Position numbers and translations under genes: made by a program. The notes below the pieces were generated by a model. It saw only the letters and a program-made list of their open reading frames with translations. It was not told the DNA's origin and did not search any database. 64,000 nt of DNA from Eledone cirrhosa (Eukaryota). The stretch covers positions 1,674,001 through 1,738,000 of the forward strand of contig CAXHJY010000096.1 of assembly GCA_964016885.1 (NCBI GenBank). The letters run 5' to 3'. Shown in pieces: positions 1 through 9,100 of this stretch (its first letter is position 1; the number at the start of each line of letters is the position of its first letter).

Positions 1-122
1 AATTTGTAAAAAAAAATCAGGGGGAGATAATTTGTAAAAAAAATCAAGGGGAGATAATTTCCAGCCGTCCAAGGAGAGATAATTTAAAAAAAAATCAGGC
101 GGAGATAATTTGTAAAAAAAAA

Positions 123-149
123 TCAGGGGGAGATAATTTGTAAAAAAAA
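123..149 (+). repeat. Representative type A monomer TCAGGGGGAGATAATTTGTAAAAAAAA (27 bp)
   Basis: Read directly from sequence. A-run length varies mostly 7-11 (occasionally 6) among copies; 8/27 G+C and 20/27 purine on the + strand. Confidence 0.98.
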
Positions 150-714
150 TCAGGGGGAGATAATTTGTAAAAAAAAATCAGGGGTAGATAATTTGTAAAA
201 AAAAATCAGGGGGAGATAATTTGTAAAAAAAAATCAGGAGGAGATAATTTGTAAAAAAAATCAAGGGGAGATAATTTCCAGCCGTCCAAGGAGAGATAAT
301 TTTAAAAAAAATCAGGCGGAGATAATTTTTAAAAAAAATCAGGGGGAGATAATTTGTAAAAAAAAATCAGGGGGAGATAATTTGTAAAAAAAATCAAGGG
401 GAGATAATTTCCAGCCGTCCAAGGGGAGATAATTTTCAGCCGTCCAAGGGGAGATAATTTCCCGCCAGCCAAGGGAAGATAATATTCAAAAAAATCAGGC
501 GGAGATAATTTGTAAAAAAAATCAGGGGGAGATAATTTGTAAAAAAATCAGGGGGAGATAATTTGTAAAAAAAAAAATCAGGGGGAGATAATTTGTAAAA
601 AAAATCAGGGGGAGATAATTTGTAAAAAAAAATCAGGGGTAGATAATTTGTAAAAAAAAATCAGGGGGAGATAATTTGTAAAAAAAAATCAGGGGGAGAT
701 AATTTGTAAAAAAA

Positions 715-1105
715 ATGAAAGGGGAGATAATATCCAGCCGTCCAAGGGGAGATAATTTCCAGCCGTCCAAGGGGAGATAATTTCCAGCCGTCCAAGGGGA
801 GATAATTTCCATCCTTCCAAGGGGATATAATTTCCAGCCGTCCAAGGGGAGATAATTTCCATCCTTCCAAGGGGATATAATTTCCAGCCGTCCAAGGGGA
901 GATAATTTTCAGCCGTCCAAGGAGAGGTAATTTCTAGCCGTCCAAGGAGAGATAATTTCCAGCCGTCCAAGGGGAGATAATTTCCAGCCGTCCAAGGGGA
1001 GATCATTTCCAGCCGTCCAAGGAGACATATTTTCCAGCCGTCCAAGGAGAGGTAATTCCTAGCCGTCCAAGGGGAGATAAATTCCAGCCTCCAAGGGGAG
1101 ATAAT
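715..1105 (+). repeat. Module G (long form): B-run entered through ATGAAAGGGGAGATAATAT and carrying two CCATCCTTCCAAGGGGATATAA variants
   Basis: The same ordered variants recur near 4110, 9450, 17844, 22438, 28949, 37076, 42567, 51268, 57062 and 60856. A short form with one CCATCCTTCC occurs near 5447, 23750, 30286, 32576, 38365, 40329, 43983, 47065, 49030, 52684, 58617 and 62486. Confidence 0.9.
759..783 (+). repeat. Representative type B monomer CCAGCCGTCCAAGGGGAGATAATTT (25 bp)
   Basis: Read directly from sequence. 13/25 G+C, with one CpG and one CCAAGG (StyI-type CCWWGG) site per monomer. Confidence 0.98.
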
Positions 1106-1491
1106 TTGTAAAAAAAATCAGGGGGAGATAATTTGTAAAAAAAATCAGGGGGAGATAATTTGTAAAAAAAATCAGGGGGAGATAATTTGTAAAAAAAAAT
1201 CAGGGGTAGATAATTTGTAAAAAATAATCAGGGGGAGATAATTTGTAAAAAAAATCAAGGGGAGATAATTTCCAGCCGTCCAAGGGGAGATAATTTTCAG
1301 CCGTCCAAGGGGAGATAATTTCCCGCCAGCCAAGGGAAGATAATATTTAAAAAAATTAGGCGGAGATAATTTGTAAAAAAAATCAGGGGGAGATAATTTG
1401 TAAAAAAAATCAGGGGGAGATAATTTGTAAAAAAAATCAGGGGGAGATAATTTGTAAAAAAAAATCAGGGGGAGATAATTTGTAAAAAAAA

Positions 1492-1645
1492 TCAAGGGGA
1501 GATAATTTCCAGCCGTCCAAGGGAAGATAATTTCCAGCCCTCCAAGGGGCTATAATTTCCAGCGTCCAAGGGGAGATAATTTCCAGCCAGCGAAGGGGAG
1601 ATAATTTTTTTTAAAAAATCATTGGGAGATTTGTAAAAAAAATCA
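1492..1645 (+). repeat. Module C: diagnostic cassette AAGGGAAGATAA..CCAGCCCTCCAAGGGGCTATAA..CCAGCGTCC..CCAGCCAGCGAAGGGG..T(n)A(n)TCATTGGGAGATTTGT
   Basis: About 24 near-identical copies counted by eye. The CATTGGGA marker lies near 1620, 2877, 4748, 8268, 10378, 18747, 19976, 21205, 23051, 27742, 29587, 31821, 35787, 37793, 41334, 43284, 46494, 50035, 51985, 55800, 57990, 59622, 61784 and 63491. Confidence 0.93.
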
Positions 1646-4600
1646 GGGGGAGATAATTTGTAAAAAAAATCAAGGGGAGATAATTTCCAGCCGTCCAAGG
1701 GGAGGTAATATCTAGCCGTCCAAGGGGAGATAATTTCCAGCCGTCCAAGGGGAGATAATTTCCAGCCGTCCAAGGGTAGATAATATCCAGCCGTCCAAGG
1801 ACATATTTTCCAGCCGTCCAAGGAGAGGTAATTTCTAGCCGTCCAAGGGGAGATAAATTCCAGCCTCCAAGGTGAGATAATTTCCAGCCAGCCAAGGGGA
1901 GATAATTTGTAAAAAAATCAGGGGGAGATAATTTGTAAAAAAAATCAGGGGGAGATAATTTGTAAAAAAAAATCAGGGGGAGATAATTTGTAAAAAAAAA
2001 TCAGGGGGAGATAATTTGTAAAAAAAAATCAGGGGGAGATAATTTGTAAAAAAATCAAGGGGAGATAATTTCCAGCCGTCCAAGGGGAGATAATTTTCAG
2101 CCGTCCAAGGGGAGATAATTTCCCGCCAGCCAAGGGAAGATAATATTTGAAAAAATCAGGCGGAGATAATTTGTAAAAAAAATCAGGGGGAGATAATTTC
2201 CAGCCGTCCAAGGGGAGGTAATATCTAGCCGTCCAAGGGGAGATAATTTCCAGCCGTCCAACGGGAGATAATTTCCAGCCGTCCATGGGTAGATAATATC
2301 CAGCCGCCCAAGGACATATTTTCCAGCCGTCCAAGGAGAGGTAATTTCTAGCCGTCCAAGGGGAGATAATTACAGCCGTCCAAGGGTAGATAATATCCAG
2401 CCGTCCAAGGACATATTTTCCAGCCGTCCAAGGAGAGATAATTTCTAGCCGTCCAAGGGGAGATAAATTCCAGCCTCCAAGGGGAGATAATTTCCAGCCA
2501 GCCAAGGGGAGATAATTTGTAAAAAAATCAGGGGGAGATAATTTGTAAAAAAAATCAGGGGGAGATAATTTGTAAAAAAAAATCAGGGGGAGATAATTTG
2601 TAAAAAAAAATCAGGGGGAGATAATTTGCAAAAAAAATCAGGGGGAGATAATTTGTAAAAAAAAATCAGGGGTAGATAATTTGTAAAAAAAAATCAGGGG
2701 GAGATAATTTGTAAAAAAAAATCAGGGGGAGATAATTTGTAAAAAAAATCAAGGGGAGATAATTTCCAGCCGTCCAAGGGAAGATAATTTCCAGCCCTCC
2801 AAGGGGCTATAATTTCCAGCGTCCAAGGGGTGATAATTTCCAGCCAGCGAAGGGGAGATAATTTTTTTTAAAAAATCATTGGGAGATTTGTAAAAAAAAT
2901 CAGGGGGAGATAATTTGTAAAAAAAATCAAGGGGAGATAATTTCCAGCCGTCCAAGGGGAGGTAATATCTAGCCGTCCAAGGGGAGATAATTTCCAGCCG
3001 TCCAACGGGAGATAATTTCCAGCCGTCCATGGGTAGATAATATCCAGCCGCCCAAGGACATATTTTCCAGCCGTCCAAGGAGAGGTAATTTCTAGCCGTC
3101 CAAGGGGAGATAATTTCCAGCCGTCCAAGGGTAGATAATATCCAGCCGTCCAAGGACATATTTTCCAGCCGTCCAAGGAGAGGTAATTTCTAGCCGTCCA
3201 AGGGGAGATAAATTCCAGCCTCCAAGGGGAGATAATTTCCAGCCAGCCAAGGGGAGATAATTTGTAAAAAAATCAGGGGGAGATAATTTGTAAAAAAAAT
3301 CAGGGGGAGATAATTTGTAAAAAAAAATCAGGGGGAGATAATTTGTAAAAAAAAATCAGGGGGAGATAATTTGCAAAAAAAATCAGGGGGAGATAATTTG
3401 TAAAAAAAATCAGGGGTAGATAATTTGTAAAAAAAAATCAGGGGGAGATAATTTGTAAAAAAAAATCAGGGGGAGATAATTTGTAAAAAAAATCAAGGGG
3501 AGATAATTTCCAGCCGTCCAAGGAGAGATAATTTTAAAAAAAATCAGGCGGAGATAATTTGTAAAAAAAAATCAGGGGGAGATAATTTGTAAAAAAAATC
3601 AGGGGGAGATAATTTGTAAAAAAAAATCAGGGGTAGATAATTTGTAAAAAAAAATCAGGGGGAGATAATTTGTAAAAAAAAATCAGGGGGAGATAATTTG
3701 TAAAAAAAATCAAGGGGAGATAATTTACAGCCATCCAAGGAGAGATAATTTAAAAAAAAATCAGGGGGAGATAATTTGTAAAAAAAATCAAGGGGAGATA
3801 ATTTCCAGCCGTCCAAGGGGAGATAATTTTCAGCCGTCCAAGGGGAGATAATTTCCCGCCAGCCAAGGGAAGATAATATTCAAAAAAATCAGGCGGAGAT
3901 AATTTGTAAAAAAAATCAGGGGGAGATAATTTGTAAAAAAATCAGGGGGAGATAATTTGTAAAAAAAAAAATCAGGGGGAGATAATTTGTAAAAAAAATC
4001 AGGGGGAGATAATTTGTAAAAAAAAATCAGGGGTAGATAATTTGTAAAAAAAAATCAGGGGGAGATAATTTGTAAAAAAAAATCAAGGGGAGATAATTTG
4101 TAAAAAAAATGAAAGGGGAGATAATATCCAGCCGTCCAAGGGGAGATAATTTCCAGCCGTCCAAGGGGAGATAATTTCCAGCCGTCCAAGGGGAGATAAT
4201 TTCCATCCTTCCAAGGGGATATAATTTCCAGCCGTCCAAGGGGAGATAATTTCCATCCTTCCAAGGGGATATAATTTCCAGCCGTCCAAGGGGAGATAAT
4301 TTTCAGCCGTCCAAGGAGAGGTAATTTCTAGCCGTCCAAGGAGAGATAATTTCCAGCCGTCCAAGGGGAGATAATTTCCAGCCGTCCAAGGGGAGATAAT
4401 TTCCAGCCGTCCAAGGAGAGGTAATTCCTAGCCGTCCAAGGGGAGATAAATTCCAGCCTCCAAGGGGAGATAATTTCCAGCCAGCCAAGGGGAGATAATT
4501 TGTAAAGAAATCAGGGGGAGATAATTTGTAAAAAAAATCAGGGGGAGATAATTTGTAAAAAAAATCAGGGGGAGATAATTTGTAAAAAAAAATCAGGGAG

Positions 4601-5839
4601 AGATAATTTGTAAAAAAAATCAAGGGGAGATAATTTCCAGCCGTCCAAGGGAAGATAATTTCCAGCCCTCCAAGGGGCTATAATTTCCAGCGTCCAAGGG
4701 GAGATAATTTCCAGCCAGCGAAGGGGAGATAATTTTTTTAAAAAAATCATTGGGAGATTTGTAAAAAAATCAGGGGGAGATAATTTGTAAAAAAAATCAA
4801 GGGGAGATAATTTCCAGCCGTCCAAGGGGAGGTAATATCTAGCCGTCCAAGGGGTGATAATTTCCAGCCGTCCAAGGGGAGATAATTTCCAGCCGTCCAA
4901 GGGTAGATAATATCCAGCCGTCCAAGGACATATTTTCCAGCCGTCCAAGGAGAGGTAATTTCTAGCCGTCCAAGGGGAGATAAATTCCAGCCTCCAAGGT
5001 GAGATAATTTCCAGCCAGCCAAGGGGAGATAATTTGTAAAAAAATCAGGGGGAGATAATTTGTAAAAAAAATCAGGGGGAGATAATTTGTAAAAAAAAAT
5101 CAGGGGGAGATAATTTGTAAAAAAAATCAAGGGGAGATAATTTCCAGCCGTCCAAGGGGAGATAATTTTCAGCCGTCCAAGGGGAGATAATTTCCCGCCA
5201 GCCAAGGGAAGATAATATTTAAAAAAATCAGGCGGAGATAATTTGTAAAAAAAATCAGGGGGAGATAATTTGTAAAAAAATCAGGGGGAGATAATTTGTA
5301 AAAAAAAAATCAGGGGGAGATAATTTGTAAAAAAAATCAGGGGGAGATAATTTGTAAAAAAAAATCAGGGGTAGATAAATTGTAAAAAAAAATCAGGGGG
5401 AGATAATTTGTAAAAAAAATCAGGGGGAGATAATTTGTAAAAAAAATGAAAGGGGAGATAATATCCAGCCGTCCAAGGGGAGATAATTTCCAGCCGTCCA
5501 AGGGGAGATAATTTCCAGCCGTCCAAGGGGAGATAATTTCCATCCTTCCAAGGGGATATAATTTCCAGCCGTCCAAGGGGAGATAATTTCCCGCCAGCCA
5601 AGGGAAGATAATATTTAAAAAAATTAGGCGGAGATAATTTGTAAAAAAAATCAGGGGGAGATAATTTGTAAAAAATCAGGGGGAGATAATTTGTAAAAAA
5701 AATCAGGGGGAGATAATTTGTAAAAAAAATCATGGGGAGATAATTTGTAAAAAAAATCAGGGGTAGATAATTTGTAAAAAAAAATCAGGGGGAGATAATT
5801 TGTAAAAAAAAATCAGGGGGAGATAATTTGTAAAAAAAA

Positions 5840-6185
5840 TCAAGGGGAGATAATTTCCAGCCGTCCAAGGGGAGATAATTTTCAGCCGTCCAAGGAGAGG
5901 TAATTTCTAGCCGTCCAAGGGGAGATAATTTCCAGCCGTCCAAGGGGAGGTAATTTCCAGCCGTCCAAGGGGAGATAATTTCAAAAAAAAAATCAGGCGG
6001 AGATAATTTGTAAAAAAAATCAAGGGGAGATAATTTGCAGCCGTCCAAGGGGAGATAATTTTCAGTCGTCCAAGGAGAGGTAATTTCTAGCCGTCCAAGG
6101 GGAGATAATTGCCAGCCGTCCAAGGGGAGATAATTTCCAGCCGTCCAAGGGGAGATAATTTTTTTTAAAAAATCAGGCGGAGATA
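5840..6185 (+). repeat. Module S: two related 5-monomer B-runs, the second marked by TTTGCAGCC and TTTTCAGTCGTCC
   Basis: The marker pair recurs near 6037, 7866, 12486, 15804, 24340, 26173, 30877, 33083, 34868, 39165, 44574, 45072, 47866, 53275, 53773 and 55451. Confidence 0.88.
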
Positions 6186-9100
6186 ATTTGTAAAAAAAAT
6201 CAGGGGGAGATAATTTGTAAACAAAATCAGGGGGAGATAATTTGTAAAAAAAAATCAGGGGGAGATAATTTGTAAGAAAAATCATGGAGAGATAATTTCC
6301 AGCCGTCCAAGGGGAGATAATTTCCAGCCGTCCAAGGAGACATATTTTCCAGCCGTCCAAGGCGAGGTAATTTCTAGCCGTCCAAGGGGAGATAAATTCC
6401 AGCCTCCAAGGGGAGATAATTTCCAGCCAGCCAAGTGGAGATAATTTGTAAAAAAATCGGGGAGATAATTTGTAAAAAATATCAGGGAGATAATTTGTAA
6501 AAAAAAATCAGGGGGAGATAATTTGTAAAAAAAATCAGGGGGAGATAATTTGTAAAAAAAAATCAGGGGGAGATAATTTGTAAAAAAAATCAAGGGGAGA
6601 TAATTTCCAGCCGTCCAAGGGGAGATAATTTTCAGCCGTCCAAGGGGAGATAATTTCCCGCCAGCCAAGGGAAGATAATATTTAAAAAAATCAGGCGGAG
6701 ATAATTTGTAAAAAAAATCAGGGGGAGATAATTTGTAAAAAATCAGGGGGAGATAATTTGTAAAAAAAAAATCAGGGGGAGATAATTTCTAAAAAAAATC
6801 AGGGGGAGATAATTTGTAAAAAAAAATCAGGGGTAGATAATTTGTAAACAAAAATCAGGGGGAGATAATTTGTAAAAAAAAATCAGGGGGAGATAATTTG
6901 TAAAAAAAATGAAAGGGGAGATAATATCCAGCCGTCCAAGGGGAGATAATTTCCAGCCGTCCAAGGGGATATAATTTCCAGCCGTCCAAGGGGAGATAAT
7001 TTCCATCCTTCCAAGGGGATATAATTTCCAGCCGTCCAAGGGGAGATAATTTCCCGCCAGCCAAGGGAAGATAATTTTTAAAAAAATCAGGCGGAGATTG
7101 TAAAAAAAATCTGGGGGGAGATAATTTGTAAAAAAATCAGGGGGAGATAATTTGTAAAAAATAATCAGGGGGAGATAATTTGTAAAAAAATTCAAGGGGA
7201 GATAATTTCCAGCCGTCCAAGGGGAGATAATTTCCCGCCAGCCAAGGGAAGATAATATTTAAAAAAATCAGGCGGAGATTGTAAAAAAAATCAGGGGGGA
7301 GATAATTTGTAAAAAAATCAGGGGGAGATAATTTGTAAAAAAAATCAGGGGGAGATAATTTGTAAAATAATCAGGGGGAGATAATTTGTAAAAAAAATCA
7401 GGGGGAGATAATTTGTAAAAAAAATCATGGGGAGATAATTTGTAAAAAGAAATCAGGGGTAGATAATTTGTAAAAAAAAATCAGGGGGAGATAATTTGTA
7501 AAAAAAAATCAGGGGGAGATAATTTGTAAAAAAAATCAAGGGGAGATAATATCCAGCCGTCCAAGGAGAGATAATTTTAAAAAAAAATGAGGCGGAGATA
7601 ATTTGTAAAAAAAAAAATCAGGGGGAGTTAATTTGTAAAAAAAGAGGGGGAGATAATTTGTAAAAAAAATCAAGGGGAGATAATTTCCAGCCGTCCAAGG
7701 GGAGATAATTTTCAGCCGTCCAAGGAGAGGTAATTTCTAGCCGTCCAAGGGGAGATAATTTCCAGCCGTCCAAGGGGAGGTAATTTCCAGCCGTCCAAGG
7801 GGAGATAATTTAAAAAAAAAAATCAGGCGGAGATAATTTGTAAAAAAAATCAAGGGGAGATAATTTGCAGCCGTCCAAGGGGAGATAATTTTCAGTCGTC
7901 CAAGGAGAGGTAATTTCTAGCCGTCCAAGGGGAGATAATTTCCAGCCGTCCAAGGGGAGATAATTTCCAGCCGTCCAAGGGGAGATAATTTTTTTTAAAA
8001 AATCAGGCGGAGATAATTTGTAAAAAAAATCAGGGGGAGATAATTTGTAAAAAAAATCAGGGGGAGATAATTTGTAAAAAAAAATCAGGGGTAGATAATT
8101 TGTAAAAAAAAATCAGGGGGAGATAATTTGTAAAAAAAATCAAGGGGAGATAATTTCCAGCCGTCCAAGGGAAGATAATTTCCAGCCCTCCAAGGGGCTA
8201 TAATTTCCAGCGTCCAAGGGGAGATAATTTCCAGCCAGCGAAGGGGAGATAATTTTTAAAAAAAAATCATTGGGAGATTTGTAAAAAAAATCAGGGGGAG
8301 ATAATTTGTAAAAAAAATCAAGGGGAGATAATTTCCAGCCGTCCAAGGGGAGGTAATATCTAGCCGTCCAAGGGTAGATAATTTCCAGCCGTCCAACGGG
8401 AGATAATTTCCAGCCGTCCAAGGGTAGATAATATCCAGCCGCCCAAGGACATATTTTCCAGCCGTCCAAGGAGAGTTAATTTCTAGCCGTCCAAGGGGAG
8501 ATAATTTCCAGCCTTCCAAGGGTAGATAATATCCAGCCGTCCAAGGACATATTTTCCAGCCGTCCAAGGAGAGGTAATTTCTAGCCGTCCAAGGGGAGAT
8601 AAATTCCAGCCTCCAAGGGGAGATAATTTCCAGCCAGCCAAGGGGAGATAATTTGTAAAAAAATCAGGGGGAGATAATTTGTAAAAAAAAAAATCAGGGG
8701 GAGATAATTTGTAAAAAAAATCAGGGGGAGATAATTTGTAAAAAAAAATCAGGGGGAGATAATTTGTAAAAAAAAATCAGGGGGAGATAATTTGTAAAAA
8801 AAAATCAGGGGGAGATAATTTGTAAAAAAAATCAAGGGGAGATAATTTCCAGCCGTCCAAGGAGAGATAATTTTAAAAAAAATCAGGCGGAGATAATTTG
8901 TAAAAAAAAATCAGGGGGAGATAATTTGTAAAAAAAAATCAGGGGGAGATAATTTGTAAAAAAAAATCAGGGGGCGATAATTTGTAAAAAAAATCAGGAG
9001 GAGATAATTTGTAAAAAAAATCAAGGGGAGATAATTTCCAGCCGTCCAAGGAGAGATAATTTAAAAAAAAATCAGGCGGAGATAATTTGTAAAAAAAAAT

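Larger units (their letters stand above)
1..8050 (+). repeat. Long duplication, copy 1 (partner ~17129-26355)
   Basis: Matching ORF-track peptides at offsets 17128/17127 (633 to 17761, 2029 to 19156), then 18328 and 18303 (4027 to 22355, 6827 to 25130). Rare variants are shared: GATCATTT at 1001/18129, AATCGGG near 6456/24758, ATTTCTAAAA near 6785/25088. Confidence 0.92.

Noticed and set aside
126-140. GGGGAG/GGAG as Shine-Dalgarno sites, TATAAT in GGGGATATAATTT or GGGGCTATAATTT as -10 boxes
   Set aside because: These are incidental to the repeat, with no downstream + strand ORFs and no promoter context.
1600-1620. T(n)A(n) palindromes and weak GAT..ATC dyads as terminators or cruciforms
   Set aside because: The stems are short and purely A/T, arise from loss of GT in junction monomers, and have no associated gene.
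4078-4105. TCAAGGGG-core-GT at ~4083 (also ~22411, ~28922) as a recombination breakpoint
   Set aside because: Flanks are collinear with 660-720 without any gap, so a single G>A substitution inherited by three copies explains it.
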